Below, piece after piece: positions 27,843 through 38,880 of a DNA stretch of 64,000 nt. Both the position numbers and the translations under genes were made by a program. Numbering within the stretch: the stretch's first letter is position 1; every line of letters begins with the position of its first letter. The notes under the pieces are model-generated. The model did no database searches, was not told the origin of the DNA, and saw only the letters and a program-made list of their open reading frames with translations. The DNA is from Balneola sp. GTDB lineage: Bacteria > Bacteroidota > Rhodothermia > Balneolales > Balneolaceae. The stretch spans positions 113,512-177,511 of the forward strand of contig RHLJ01000007.1 of NCBI GenBank assembly GCA_003712055.1, written 5' to 3'.

Positions 27843-29759
27843 ATGAAATTATTTCAAAAAATAACAATGGGAACCATCATTCTGATGCTGTTCCCATTTT
27901 TTTTACAGGCTCAGATCCCTGATCCTGTAAAGTATCAGGTAACAGAAATACCAGGTACAGTACAAGCTGGCAAAGTTTTTACAATTACTATTGATGCATC
28001 TATTGAAGGAGACTGGCACTTATACTCTGTGCTGAATGATCCTGACGCTGGCCCGTTTCCAACCGAATTCTCTTCAAACTCTCCAAACTTTGTACTCGCA
28101 GGGGATGTAACTGAATCAGAAGCTGATATCGAATTCGATCCCAACTTTGAAGCCGAATTAGGATGGCACAGTTCTTTTGCTCGATTCAATGTTCCAGTGG
28201 CTATTAAAACAGAGCTTACAGGAGAGCAGACACTCGATATAGAAGTATTCTATCAGGTATGTGACGATCGGGTTTGTTTACCTCCAAAAACAAAATCCAT
28301 TATAGCGGCTGTTGAGGTAGCCGGAGTATCAGATGCTCCATTTGAAGCAGCAATTGGAGGTATTGAGGAAGAAGTTTCAGCAGAACAACAGGTTGGTGCA
28401 TCTACAGTTGATTTAGCAAGAGAGGGGGTATTCTCGTTTATCTGGATTGCTTTGTTAGCGGGTTTTGCTGCCTTACTTACTCCCTGTGTATTCCCAATGA
28501 TTCCACTTACTGTGTCCTATTTCTCTAAGCAGGATGGAAGTAAAAAAGGGGTAGGACAAGCGTTATTTTTTGGAGTTGCGATCATAGTGACCTTCACTTT
28601 GATTGGCGTAATATTAGCTGCCTTAGTCGGAGTATCAGGAGCTCAGAACTTTGCTTCTAATCCTTTTGTGAATGCAATGATTGCCATTGTATTGATTGCA
28701 TTTGCCCTGAGTTTATTCGGGATGTTTGAACTTCAGCTTCCTCATCAATTCACTAATTTCTTGAACAGAAAAAGTAATGAGAGCTCGGGTGTTTTAGGCA
28801 TTCTGTTTATGGCCATGACCATAAGTGCTGTTTCATTTTCTTGTACCGCTCCATTTGTGGGCGCTGTTTTTGCAGCTACTGCCGGAGGTGAATGGTTCTA
28901 CCCAATTATTGGGATGGTAGGTTTTTCCGCTGCTTTTGCAAGTCCCTTTGTGCTTTTTGCAATGTTCCCCCAGTGGTTAGAATCACTTCCAAAAAGTGGT
29001 TCCTGGATGAATGTGGTAAAAGTGCTATTAGGTTTCATTGAACTCGCAGCTGCAATTAAATTTTTATCCAATGTGGATTTAGTATTAGGATGGGGCTTAA
29101 TAAGCCGTCCATTTGCAATTGCAGCCTGGATTGCCATTTTCCTTGTAGCCGGACTATATGTTCTGGGGGTATTTGCACTCAACCATGATACAAAGCCGGA
29201 AAGAATTACAACAGGAAGGTTGTTACTTGCTCTCCCGTTATTATTATTCAGTTTCTATTTGCTACCGGGCTTGATGGGAGCATCACTCGGAATTTGGGAT
29301 TCCTGGTTACCACCTAAAATGCAAACGGATGTGAGTGTGGTGGGAACCATTGCAGCTATGGGTGGCGGCGGTACTGGTACCGGTGTAGATGATGGATGGA
29401 CCGAGGATTACGAAGGAGCTATTGAAGAAGCTGCGGAAGAAGGTATTCCAGTCTTTATAGATTTTACAGGATACACTTGTACAAACTGTCGTGCTATGGA
29501 ATCTAATGTTTTCCCATTAGCAGAGGTAAGAGAACGCTTTGATCAGATGAAACTGGTTAAGCTTTATACAGATGGTGGTCAGGATGCTCAAAAAAACCAG
29601 CAGATACAATTTAGGCTAACAGGAAACGTAGCATTACCTACTTATGTAATTCTTGATCCCAATAGTAAACAAGTAATTGCTCAAGAATTAGGATTTGTAG
29701 CATCTGATAAATTCATCTCCTTTCTTGATGAGGGGATATCAAACTTCAATTCACGATAG
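27843..29759 (+). CDS. dsbD: DsbD-family thiol:disulfide reductase (N-terminal DsbD-alpha-like, TM core, C-terminal thioredoxin)
   Basis: The track ORF starts at TTG 27831, but ATG 27843 (MKLFQKITMGTIILMLFPFFLQAQ) gives a signal peptide. Other marks are YQVCDDRVCLPP in the N-domain, TM-core cysteines (TPCVFPMIPL, SFSCTAPF) and a C-terminal CTNC thioredoxin motif. Confidence 0.8.
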   Translation: MKLFQKITMGTIILMLFPFFLQAQIPDPVKYQVTEIPGTVQAGKVFTITIDASIEGDWHLYSVLNDPDAGPFPTEFSSNSPNFVLAGDVTESEADIEFDPNFEAELGWHSSFARFNVPVAIKTELTGEQTLDIEVFYQVCDDRVCLPPKTKSIIAAVEVAGVSDAPFEAAIGGIEEEVSAEQQVGASTVDLAREGVFSFIWIALLAGFAALLTPCVFPMIPLTVSYFSKQDGSKKGVGQALFFGVAIIVTFTLIGVILAALVGVSGAQNFASNPFVNAMIAIVLIAFALSLFGMFELQLPHQFTNFLNRKSNESSGVLGILFMAMTISAVSFSCTAPFVGAVFAATAGGEWFYPIIGMVGFSAAFASPFVLFAMFPQWLESLPKSGSWMNVVKVLLGFIELAAAIKFLSNVDLVLGWGLISRPFAIAAWIAIFLVAGLYVLGVFALNHDTKPERITTGRLLLALPLLLFSFYLLPGLMGASLGIWDSWLPPKMQTDVSVVGTIAAMGGGGTGTGVDDGWTEDYEGAIEEAAEEGIPVFIDFTGYTCTNCRAMESNVFPLAEVRERFDQMKLVKLYTDGGQDAQKNQQIQFRLTGNVALPTYVILDPNSKQVIAQELGFVASDKFISFLDEGISNFNSR

Positions 29760-29878
29760 CTTATACCCACTGTTACTGTTTAGGCATATTTCCTGACTAA
29801 TCTTTATTGATTGGAACCATGATGATTTGAGAAACTAGATTATATTCTCGAAGTATCAGCAGAACAGTAACGGCTAAA

Positions 29879-32800
29879 GTGATAGACTTCTCAAAGTTTT
29901 TTATAAGAATAGCACTGGTGCTTCTCTTTTTCTTTGTACTGGGAAGAGTAGAAGCCCAGACTACTATTTCTTCAGAAGTCGTTATTGCCCCTTTTCAGGT
30001 AGACTCTAGCTATAGTTTAAATGTTTGGGCACTTCGAGAGACTATTCAGGTTTTTATAGTAACCTATAATCGAGATGAGCCAGTTCCTGAAAGCCATTGG
30101 GAGTTTAGTTCCACATCAGGAATATGGAACATCAAAGAAGAGCACTTAGAAAAATACAGAAGCGCAGATCGGATCAGAATCACTTATGAAGCCTATCCTC
30201 TTGCAATCAGGCGAGTATTCCGAAGTAGAACATTTAGAACATTCGACCCTTCAATTCTCGCTCAAAATGAAGATTCAATTAACCAGCAATTATTCGAAAG
30301 CTCGTCCTCTTTTGCTTTTGATGACTCAGATATACAACAAAAAGGGAGTTTAAGCAGAGGGATTATCGTTGGTACGAACCAGGATTTTGCACTAGAGAGT
30401 GGATTGCAATTCGAATTGAACGGACGATTAACTGATGATATCCGAATCAATGCAGTATTAACAGATAGAAATATTCCATTTCAACCTGATGGTACTACCC
30501 AAAATATCAGAGAATTTGATCGGGTATTTATTCAATTACAATCGACAAACACCACTGTTGAAATGGGGGATGTGGATGTAAGTCTGGAGCAAAATACATT
30601 CGCTAAACTAAATCGTCGGCTACAGGGAGCAACGGGATATACAAGTACCAACTATGGTGATTATAGAGGTGCACTTTCAGTAGTTCGTGGAAGCTTTAGA
30701 TCCATGTCGTTCGAAGGATCTGATGGGGTTCAGGGGCCTTACCGATTAACCGGAAGACAAGGCGAAGAGTTTGTCATTATTTTGGCAGGCACAGAAAAAG
30801 TGTATATAAATGGTCAAAGAGTTAATCGCGGAGAGGAAAACGAATACATCATCGATTATGGATTGGGGGAGGTTTTTTTCACAAATAATCTTCTCATAAA
30901 AGATGAGACCCGGATTGTAATCGAATATGAATATGTAGATCAAAATTTCAACCGCACCTTGATAGCTACAGAAGGAGGAGATAAATTTTTTGATGGAAGA
31001 CTAAAAATTGGCGCTTCGATCATTCGCCAGGCCGATGGCAACGAGCTACTTTCACAACAAACCCTAACCGAAAGCGATATAGACTTATTGAGAGGAGTAG
31101 GTGATAACCTAAACAATGCTGTTGTTTCCGGAGAACGATTAGCAACTAATGAAGATGATGATATTAATGTTCGATATGCAAGAGTAGATACAACTGTAAG
31201 TGGCGAAGTATTCTCAATTTTCAAAAATATACCCGGTTCTGCTGAGTCTATATATATAGTTACATTTAGCAGAGTAGAGGGAGGGAGTTACCGGCGCATA
31301 AGTGGTTCGGTAAACGGATTACTTTATGAATGGGTAGGACCGGGTCTTGGTGAGTATGAGCCCTTCAGAAGACTCCCGGCTCCAGAGAAACATCAGATTG
31401 TCTCTTTGAATAGTTCATACAGTCTTTCGGAAAATGTAGAAGTTTATGGTGAGTGGGCAGCAAGCAGTTTTGATCAGAATCGATTTTCTTCCCTTGATAA
31501 CGAGGATAATAATGACATGTCTTATTTATCCGGGATTAGAGTGAAACAGTTGAATACCTCAATAGGAACTATTGATGCTTCAATTAGCAGAAGATATTCA
31601 GGTGGAAACTTTCAATTTTTCGAAAGAACAAGAGAGGTTGAGTTTGACAGAAAATGGGATCTAAACTCGACACTGGAAACTGAAGAGGATATAAATGAAG
31701 CAGTAGTAAAAGCACAATTCACTCCCAATTCAAGCATTCAAACCGAATTTGGATTATTAAACCGACCGAATTTCAAGGGGTATCGCCAGGGAATTCAATT
31801 GTCTAGTAGTGAAGGGAAGCTGGTAACTATTAATTATGATCAGGACTGGGTAAAATCTGAAGAAAGGCTATTGGCTCATGATGGGAATTGGTTTCGGCAA
31901 ATAGGAAGTGTGAGTAAGGATCTGTTTGGAAACTGGACACCGTACCTAAGTTTTGAACAAGAGCGAAGAGAGCAGACATCTTCAACCAATGATTCACTGT
32001 TAAATAGCTCATTTTCGTTTTTCGAAATTGGGCCGGGCTTACGATACAACCATTCTAAAATCCAGGTCGATCTCAATTTGATTACCAGGCAGGAAAAGAG
32101 GGTATTCGAAAATGAATTAATACCCCAGGCCTCTTCTCTTGAGCAAAGAATGAAGCTCCAATACAGGCCAAGTAGCTTAATTAGAACAAGCAACGAGCTT
32201 GTAATTCGCACCAAAGAGTTTACATCTGAGTTTCAGGGTTCCGGTAATTCGAATAGAAAGGGCTTGTTATTAAGTTCAGTTACCGATTATGAAACCAGAA
32301 ATAATAACTGGAATGGTCAGGTAGTATATGAGGTAAATACTGAAAGAAGGGCACTTTTCCAGGAGGCATATATTGAAGTTGGTCCGGAACTGGGGCAATA
32401 TGTCTGGACCGATACTAACGAAGATGGTGTTCAGCAAATAGATGAATTTTTTCCTGAACTAAGTCCTAACGAAGGTATATACATTCGTCAACTACTGCCT
32501 TCAGATGAACTGCTTCCTGTTGCTGATTTAAAAGTTCGAGTAAGAAATGAATTTAAACCATTCTCTTTTTTAAATAGTAATGCCGCACTTGGACACTTTC
32601 TATCAAACATAAATTTATTCTCCCGGGTAGATGTGATAGAGAACTCCACAACTTCAAATCTTGAAGATGTGTACTTGTTAAGATTTAATACATTTAGGAA
32701 TGACTCTACTACCTTGACTGGGAGAATAACACTGGAAAAGGAACTAGATTTGCTCCCTGAGTTTGATATAAGTGATCTTTCGGTGGGATTCACAGAAAGC

Positions 32801-33367
32801 AGGAGCCTTAATCGATTTAGTAATGAATCACAGGAGCTATTTTCATCTCAATATTATTTGAATGCTTCTTATATGATTTCTCAGACTACCCGATCAACGC
32901 TTGGAATTACAAAAGGAAGAAACAAGACGATAAGCAATCAAATACAAAGCAGGAATTTTTCCATAGAGTCACTATCCATTACACAAGGATTTGAGTCTAC
33001 GATTAATCGTTCATGGCAGACCGGCTTCTCGGTTTCCTATTCTTCAAAAAAAGATGCTTTTCCCATCGATCCGGTTACTGCAAGAATTGTTAAAATAGTT
33101 AATACTCATCGCGCGTTTCTTTTTAGAAGAGTTCAGGCAAACGCACGGCTTGAATTTCGAAATACAGAAGTAAAAGGAACTGCTTCGGCGCTAGGAACTT
33201 TTGAGTTAACTGAAGGTACCGGAGAAGGGAGTAATTTCTTGTGGTCCATTAATGGAAATTACCGAGTAAGTGAACTAATTAGGCTCAGTCTTAATTATGA
33301 TGGAAGAACAGTGAAAAACCGTCCTGATATTCATACGCTTAAATTGGTTGTGAGTGCGGTTTTTTAA
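29879..33367 (+). CDS. Large predicted outer-membrane protein, unknown family
   Basis: 1162-aa ORF with a GTG start and signal peptide ..IRIALVLLFFFVLGRVEAQ. It has long beta-strand-like alternation rich in Y/F/N/S/R and ends ..LKLVVSAVF (C-terminal Phe typical of OM barrels). It lies directly upstream of exbB. Confidence 0.6.
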   Translation: MIDFSKFFIRIALVLLFFFVLGRVEAQTTISSEVVIAPFQVDSSYSLNVWALRETIQVFIVTYNRDEPVPESHWEFSSTSGIWNIKEEHLEKYRSADRIRITYEAYPLAIRRVFRSRTFRTFDPSILAQNEDSINQQLFESSSSFAFDDSDIQQKGSLSRGIIVGTNQDFALESGLQFELNGRLTDDIRINAVLTDRNIPFQPDGTTQNIREFDRVFIQLQSTNTTVEMGDVDVSLEQNTFAKLNRRLQGATGYTSTNYGDYRGALSVVRGSFRSMSFEGSDGVQGPYRLTGRQGEEFVIILAGTEKVYINGQRVNRGEENEYIIDYGLGEVFFTNNLLIKDETRIVIEYEYVDQNFNRTLIATEGGDKFFDGRLKIGASIIRQADGNELLSQQTLTESDIDLLRGVGDNLNNAVVSGERLATNEDDDINVRYARVDTTVSGEVFSIFKNIPGSAESIYIVTFSRVEGGSYRRISGSVNGLLYEWVGPGLGEYEPFRRLPAPEKHQIVSLNSSYSLSENVEVYGEWAASSFDQNRFSSLDNEDNNDMSYLSGIRVKQLNTSIGTIDASISRRYSGGNFQFFERTREVEFDRKWDLNSTLETEEDINEAVVKAQFTPNSSIQTEFGLLNRPNFKGYRQGIQLSSSEGKLVTINYDQDWVKSEERLLAHDGNWFRQIGSVSKDLFGNWTPYLSFEQERREQTSSTNDSLLNSSFSFFEIGPGLRYNHSKIQVDLNLITRQEKRVFENELIPQASSLEQRMKLQYRPSSLIRTSNELVIRTKEFTSEFQGSGNSNRKGLLLSSVTDYETRNNNWNGQVVYEVNTERRALFQEAYIEVGPELGQYVWTDTNEDGVQQIDEFFPELSPNEGIYIRQLLPSDELLPVADLKVRVRNEFKPFSFLNSNAALGHFLSNINLFSRVDVIENSTTSNLEDVYLLRFNTFRNDSTTLTGRITLEKELDLLPEFDISDLSVGFTESRSLNRFSNESQELFSSQYYLNASYMISQTTRSTLGITKGRNKTISNQIQSRNFSIESLSITQGFESTINRSWQTGFSVSYSSKKDAFPIDPVTARIVKIVNTHRAFLFRRVQANARLEFRNTEVKGTASALGTFELTEGTGEGSNFLWSINGNYRVSELIRLSLNYDGRTVKNRPDIHTLKLVVSAVF

Positions 33368-33535
33368 GTGTTTTATGAGTGATAAGTGCGGAACTAAAAA
33401 AACTTGGTAAAACCTCATTTCTGTTAACTAAAAGTTAATTTTTCGATTGTTCAGAGCTTTGACATTTAGTTTAAAATGACATATCCTTTCGCTTCACTAA
33501 TCTTAGACACTAACATTTAATCAAAAATAATCGGA

Positions 33536-34267
33536 GTGAACATGACATCGTCGATTGCTCTATTTCTTTTAAGACTCCAAGCTGAAGAAGGCTTTTTCAA
33601 TCTAATTGTTCAGAAATTTAACGAAGGTAATGATGGGGGCTGGATGTGGCCTGTATTAATTACTCTTATTCTGGGTCTTGCGATTTTCCTTGAAAGAATT
33701 ATTACTCTTAACCTTGCTGATATTAACACTAGAAAGTTCATTGTAAATGTTCAAGAAGCATTACAAGAAGGTGGTGTTGAAGCAGCAGAGCAACTTTGTG
33801 CTCAAACTCGTGGTCCTGTAGCTTCGGTATTCCAGGCTGGTTTAATGCGATCACATGAAGGAATTGACGCTGCGGAAAAAGCAATCGCAGCATACGGATC
33901 AATTGAAATGAGTTTCCTTGAACGAGGTCTTGTTTGGTTGTCATTATTTATCGCTATTGCCCCACTGTTCGGATTCCTTGGAACAGTAGTAGGTATGATC
34001 GAGGCCTTCGATGATATTCAGGAAGCTGCCGACATTTCTCCAAGTATCGTTGCAGGTGGTATCAAGACTGCACTTTTAACCACTGCCGGTGGTCTTATAG
34101 CAGGTATTATTCTACAAATTGGGTACAACTATTGTGTTTCTAAAATCGATCGATTAATTGCTGAGATGGAAGAAAGTTCTATCACACTTATTGATTCGAT
34201 TATCTTACTTCAGGAAGGCAAATCATTAGTTCCTGCAGCAGATGACACTAGTTCAGATGAAGAATAA
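33536..34267 (+). CDS. exbB: MotA/TolQ/ExbB proton-channel protein
   Basis: 243-aa ORF (GTG 33536 or ATG 33542). The conserved C-terminal block is ..LSLFIAIAPLFGFLGTVVGMIEAF..GGIKTALLTTAGGLIAGI... Confidence 0.85.
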   Translation: MNMTSSIALFLLRLQAEEGFFNLIVQKFNEGNDGGWMWPVLITLILGLAIFLERIITLNLADINTRKFIVNVQEALQEGGVEAAEQLCAQTRGPVASVFQAGLMRSHEGIDAAEKAIAAYGSIEMSFLERGLVWLSLFIAIAPLFGFLGTVVGMIEAFDDIQEAADISPSIVAGGIKTALLTTAGGLIAGIILQIGYNYCVSKIDRLIAEMEESSITLIDSIILLQEGKSLVPAADDTSSDEE

Positions 34268-34295
34268 TCATCATTAACCTCTAAAAGGAGATACT

Positions 34296-34577
34296 ATGAT
34301 TGTTCAAATAGCCGTTATTGGAACGTTTGCTTTGATGGGCCTCGGAATTCTGACTATGATTATTTCAGGCATTAAAGGCTTATCTCAAGGCAAGCAGGAT
34401 GTTAAGCGAATCGCGATTATGGCGGTGCCATTTGTGATTTTTGCGATTTCTTATTTTGCTGTACGAGGAAGCGAGCTTGACTTTGCTCAAGCTGGCGTAC
34501 TTACTACCCTTATTATGATGGGTATTATGGTGGTATCGGTAGTGATTACCGGCCTCCGAGGTACTTTTAAATTTTAA
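34296..34577 (+). CDS. Small three-helix membrane protein
   Basis: 93-aa hydrophobic ORF wedged between exbB and exbD with short gaps (28 nt and 13 nt). Confidence 0.5.
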   Translation: MIVQIAVIGTFALMGLGILTMIISGIKGLSQGKQDVKRIAIMAVPFVIFAISYFAVRGSELDFAQAGVLTTLIMMGIMVVSVVITGLRGTFKF

Positions 34578-34590
34578 TGGAGCATAACCT

Positions 34591-35133
34591 ATGCTATTAA
34601 AGAAAAGAGAAAGAGATTCTGCGGAAATAAATGGGTCTTCAATGGCCGATATCGCATTCCTTCTCCTTATTTTCTTCCTGGTAACCACTACTATTAATGT
34701 GGATACCGGTATAGGTATGGTTCTTCCTCCCCCTTTAGATCCGGAAGTTGAACCACCACCGATCCGGGAGAGAAACCTTATGAACATTCTGGTGAATGCT
34801 CAGGGATTGATCTTGATGGATGAGCAGCCTGTATCAATTAATGAGGTGAAAGATAAACTTATTGAGTTTATTGATAATCCAACCGACAATGAGGAGTTAT
34901 CCATTTCTCCCGATGCAGCTATCGTTTCTTTAAAAACCCAGCGCGAAACACCCTACAATATCTATATAGATATGTTGGATGAGGTGATGTCGGCGTACAA
35001 GGATTTAAGGGATGCTGCTTCTCGTGCTAACTATGGTGTTGAGTATGCTCGTTTAGAAGAGAATAGTCCTCAACAGGAACAGATTAAGGATATGTATCCT
35101 AAGAAAATTTCAATCGCAGAACCTGATAGTTAA
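34591..35133 (+). CDS. exbD: ExbD/TolR biopolymer transport protein
   Basis: 180-aa ORF with an N-terminal ..GSSMADIAFLLLIFFLVTTT.. TM anchor typical of ExbD, plus a periplasmic domain. Confidence 0.85.
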   Translation: MLLKKRERDSAEINGSSMADIAFLLLIFFLVTTTINVDTGIGMVLPPPLDPEVEPPPIRERNLMNILVNAQGLILMDEQPVSINEVKDKLIEFIDNPTDNEELSISPDAAIVSLKTQRETPYNIYIDMLDEVMSAYKDLRDAASRANYGVEYARLEENSPQQEQIKDMYPKKISIAEPDS

Positions 35134-35135
35134 TT

Positions 35136-35582
35136 ATGAGCCAATTCAAAAAGAAACAAGCAGGGAGCAAGCAAGAGGTACCAACTTCAGCAATGCCTGA
35201 TGTAGTATTCATGCTTTTGTTCTTCTTTATGGTTACCACGGTTCTTCGTGAGGTTACCTTAAAAGTAAAGCTCGATCTTACTAAAGCGAATAACATCGAA
35301 AAGATTGAGGAAAAGCGGTTAGTGTCTTATATCTATATGGGACCAGAACGGTTACCTGGAAATCAATTAGGAGAAGATAAGGTTCAGATCGATGATTCAA
35401 TACAGGAAGATATTGGAGCAATTCGAAACATTATGTATGATAAACTACTCGAAGAGCCTCGATTAATTGTTTCTCTTCGTGTTGATGAGAATTCTGAGTT
35501 TGGGCTGTTAACTGATGTTCAAAAAGAACTTCAGCAAGCCGGAACATTCAGAATTAATTATTCTACTAAGCGAGAAGAATAG
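35136..35582 (+). CDS. exbD: ExbD/TolR biopolymer transport protein (second copy)
   Basis: 148-aa ORF with a ..TSAMPDVVFMLLFFFMVTTV.. anchor. It starts 2 nt after the previous stop. Confidence 0.85.
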   Translation: MSQFKKKQAGSKQEVPTSAMPDVVFMLLFFFMVTTVLREVTLKVKLDLTKANNIEKIEEKRLVSYIYMGPERLPGNQLGEDKVQIDDSIQEDIGAIRNIMYDKLLEEPRLIVSLRVDENSEFGLLTDVQKELQQAGTFRINYSTKREE

Positions 35583-35603
35583 TCTGAATCAAATTCATAT
35601 TAG

Positions 35604-35636
35604 AACCAGCACATTCTAAATGTGCTGGTTTTTTTA
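35604..35636 (+). terminator. Intrinsic terminator after the exbBD cluster
   Basis: AACCAGCACAT-tcta-ATGTGCTGGTT is a perfect 11-bp stem followed by a T7 run. Confidence 0.85.
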
Positions 35637-35647
35637 TATCTGGAAAA

Positions 35648-36676
35648 ATGAACAACGATTTTACTACCATACAAAACTTAGGTCGGCAAAAACTGCTGGA
35701 GAGAATTTCTGTTTATAAAGGGGAAGTTCAGGAATCTACATTAACGGGGATAGGAGATGATGCGTCAGTAATCAAGGAGAAAGATGGATCACTCACACTA
35801 CTTACCACAGATACTTTTGTAGAAGGAGTAGATTTTGACCCGGTTTACACTCCGTTTACGCATTTCGGTTACAAGATGGTTAGTGCAAGTGTAAGTGATA
35901 TTTATTCCATGAATGGAACTCCCACTTCAATACTTATAAACCTGGCATTACCTAATCGAATGTCTGTTCAAATGGTGGAAGATCTTTATACAGGAATTGA
36001 CAATGCTTGTAAGGCCTATGGTATAGAAGTAGTAGGTGGCGATCTGACTGGGAATCATCAAAATGCAGTAATCTCTGTGACAGTATATGGTAAAGCTGAA
36101 AGTGAGCATATTGTATATCGATCAGGAGCAAAAGTAGATGACGCAATCTGTGTAACAGGAGATGTTGGAGCCGCGTTAGCTGGGCTCAGAGTTCTGATGC
36201 GCGAAAAACAATTCTGGGAAGAACATGGTAATGAAGCGCTACAGCCTGACTTGGAAGATTACCGGTTTGTTGTACAGCGCCAACTTATGCCCAATGCCCG
36301 AAAAGATTTGATCGAGGAATTAAAAACACAGAACGTAGTGCCGTCCTCGATGATTGATATTACAAAAGGGGTAATTAGTGAGGTAACAGAATTATGTATT
36401 GCGTCAGATACTGGCGCTCATCTTTACCAGGCAGCACTTCCAATAGCTCTGGAAACTCGTAAAGTTGCAGATGAAATGGAAGAGGATGTAGATAGATACG
36501 GCCTATTTGGAGGAGAGGATCTGGAGTTGATGTTCACATTGAATGAGAAACAAATCGAAGCATTTGCAGAGCAATTCAAAGATTTTGTTGTAATAGGAAG
36601 AATGATTCCTAAAGAGGAGGGGTTAAACCTCCAAAGTGCTGAGGGAGAAATAATAAGTTTTGATGATTTGTCATAA
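35648..36676 (+). CDS. thiL: Thiamine-monophosphate kinase (AIR-synthase-related fold)
   Basis: 342-aa ORF with ..GIGDDASVI..LLTTDTFVEGVDF.. and ..VVGGDLTG.. motifs of ThiL/PurM-like ATP-binding proteins. Confidence 0.8.
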   Translation: MNNDFTTIQNLGRQKLLERISVYKGEVQESTLTGIGDDASVIKEKDGSLTLLTTDTFVEGVDFDPVYTPFTHFGYKMVSASVSDIYSMNGTPTSILINLALPNRMSVQMVEDLYTGIDNACKAYGIEVVGGDLTGNHQNAVISVTVYGKAESEHIVYRSGAKVDDAICVTGDVGAALAGLRVLMREKQFWEEHGNEALQPDLEDYRFVVQRQLMPNARKDLIEELKTQNVVPSSMIDITKGVISEVTELCIASDTGAHLYQAALPIALETRKVADEMEEDVDRYGLFGGEDLELMFTLNEKQIEAFAEQFKDFVVIGRMIPKEEGLNLQSAEGEIISFDDLS

Positions 36677-36773
36677 AACTTGCAGTGGCACGTTTTTTGC
36701 GAATAAGGTGTTAGTTTGAATTCGAGATTAGTATTTGTTATTCGCTATATTGAAAATATAATTAAGTAAGTTA

Positions 36774-38849
36774 ATGGCCGATAAGCCCCTTCCTAAAAAA
36801 CAGATTAAACCTCCATCAGGAGAAAAGAAAGGAAATACCCCGAAATTCCCAACCTGGGGTTTTCTTGCTATCATTCTTTTTCTAATTGTTATTCAGTTTA
36901 TGTTCCTGAACCCAGAGACGGGAACACAGATCAAGTACAGCACTTTTCTTGAGCACGTAGAAGGTGGTTATGTAGATGAAATCATCATCAAGAACGGAGT
37001 AAATATCTATGGGAAGTATAATGACAGTGCTATACAGGATGGGATAGTTGATTTACCAGTACAAGATGATAGTCCCTTTAGTCTTTCTTCAGGGTCAGAA
37101 GATATTAATGCCTTTATCACCACTATGCTACCAGGTGATGAGATTCGTCCCATACTTGATGCGAATGAAGTAGAGTATGAGGTAAGGATTGAGGAAGAGT
37201 GGTTTAGTGGAATGTTCATGTGGCTAATCATGATCGCACTTGCCGTTGGTTTTTGGGTATTCATTTTTAGAAGAATGAACCCTGGTCAGCAAGTTCTGAA
37301 TATCGGGAAGAATAAAGCTTCACTTTATGATCAGCAGACCGATACAAAAATCACTTTCAAGGATGTAGCTGGTCTGGAAGAGGCCAAAGAAGAGGTTAGA
37401 GAAATTGTCGAGTTTTTAAAGAACCCTGGTAAATTCACCAAGCTTGGTGGTAAGATTCCTAAAGGAGCGTTATTGGTAGGCTCTCCCGGCACCGGAAAAA
37501 CTCTTCTCGCAAAAGCAGTAGCTGGGGAAGCAGCAGTGCCATTCTTTTCACTTTCCGGATCTGACTTTGTGGAAATGTTTGTTGGGGTTGGTGCAGCAAG
37601 GGTTAGGGATCTTTTCAAGACTGCGAAAGAAAAAGCACCTTGTATAATATTTATAGATGAGATTGATGCAATTGGTCGATCCAGAGGAAAAGGTCAAATG
37701 CCTGGCTCGAATGACGAGCGAGAGAATACATTAAATTCTTTGCTAGTTGAAATGGATGGTTTTGCAACCGATTCAGGGGTAATCATTCTAGCTGCTACTA
37801 ACCGCCCAGATGTATTAGATAGCGCCTTACTACGTCCAGGTCGATTCGATCGTCAGATCAGTATTGACAAACCAGACATAAATGGACGGGAAGAAATTTT
37901 TAGAGTACATCTAAAGCCTTTAAAGCTACATAAAGAAGTTGACCCAAAAAATCTTGCGGCCCAAACACCGGGTTTTGCCGGAGCTGAGATAGCCAACGTG
38001 TGTAACGAAGCAGCGTTAATTGCAGCTCGCGGAAATAAGAAGTCGGTAGATATGGAAGACTTCCAAAACGCCATTGACCGGGTTATCGGTGGGCTTGAAA
38101 AAAAGAACAAGATTATATCCCCCGAGGAAAAGAAAATTGTGGCCTATCATGAGGCAGGACATGCTGTAGCCGGTTGGTTCCTAGAGCATGCCGATCCATT
38201 GGTAAAGGTTTCTATTGTGCCAAGAGGACTTGCAGCACTTGGTTATGCACAGTATTTACCAAAAGAGCAATTCCTTCATCAAACAGAGCAGTTGATGGAT
38301 CAAATGTGTATGACTTTAGGTGGCCGTGCAGCAGAACAAATTGTATTCGGGAAAATCTCTACGGGAGCATTGAGTGATTTAGAGCGAATCACAAAAATGG
38401 CTTACAGTATTGTTACTGTGTATGGTATGAATGATAAGATTGGGAATATTTCATTCTATGATTCAAAGCAGAATGAGTACTCATTTAATAAGCCATACTC
38501 TGATGCCACTGCAAAGATCATTGATGAAGAGGTCAAGAAAATCATTGACACTGCTTATCAGCGCACACTAAAACTGTTAAAAGATAAAAGAGATGAGCTC
38601 GAGATTCTTGCCAAAGAATTATTGGAGAAAGAGATTCTTTTCCAGACCGATCTTGAGAAGCTTATAGGTAAAAGACCTTTCGACAAAGAAACTACTTATG
38701 AGGCTTTTACCAATAGCAAGAAAGAAGAAGCAACTGAAGAGAACCCAAAGAAAAAGGCTACAAAAAATGGTGTTCCGAAAGAGCCCAAAGCTGAAGTAGA
38801 AGAGGAAGAGATAGCCGAAGAAAAAGCTGAGACTAGTACAGAAGAATAG
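36774..38849 (+). CDS. ftsH: ATP-dependent zinc metalloprotease FtsH
   Basis: 691-aa ORF with two N-terminal TM helices, AAA module [18 protein letters not shown], an SRH region and the HEAGHAV zinc motif. It has an acidic C-terminal tail. Confidence 0.95.
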   Translation: MADKPLPKKQIKPPSGEKKGNTPKFPTWGFLAIILFLIVIQFMFLNPETGTQIKYSTFLEHVEGGYVDEIIIKNGVNIYGKYNDSAIQDGIVDLPVQDDSPFSLSSGSEDINAFITTMLPGDEIRPILDANEVEYEVRIEEEWFSGMFMWLIMIALAVGFWVFIFRRMNPGQQVLNIGKNKASLYDQQTDTKITFKDVAGLEEAKEEVREIVEFLKNPGKFTKLGGKIPKGALLVGSPGTGKTLLAKAVAGEAAVPFFSLSGSDFVEMFVGVGAARVRDLFKTAKEKAPCIIFIDEIDAIGRSRGKGQMPGSNDERENTLNSLLVEMDGFATDSGVIILAATNRPDVLDSALLRPGRFDRQISIDKPDINGREEIFRVHLKPLKLHKEVDPKNLAAQTPGFAGAEIANVCNEAALIAARGNKKSVDMEDFQNAIDRVIGGLEKKNKIISPEEKKIVAYHEAGHAVAGWFLEHADPLVKVSIVPRGLAALGYAQYLPKEQFLHQTEQLMDQMCMTLGGRAAEQIVFGKISTGALSDLERITKMAYSIVTVYGMNDKIGNISFYDSKQNEYSFNKPYSDATAKIIDEEVKKIIDTAYQRTLKLLKDKRDELEILAKELLEKEILFQTDLEKLIGKRPFDKETTYEAFTNSKKEEATEENPKKKATKNGVPKEPKAEVEEEEIAEEKAETSTEE

Positions 38850-38880
38850 AGAGTTCTTGTTAATGTTCCGGTAATACACA

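Noticed and set aside
33536-35582. ExbB/ExbD cluster considered as a Zorya-like (MotAB-type) anti-phage system
   Set aside because: The proteins have ordinary ExbB and ExbD hallmarks and sizes, two ExbD copies as usual in Bacteroidota, and no ZorC/ZorD-like large helicase or nuclease genes follow. A housekeeping Ton-type motor is the simpler reading. Only its coupling to the 1162-aa protein is flagged.
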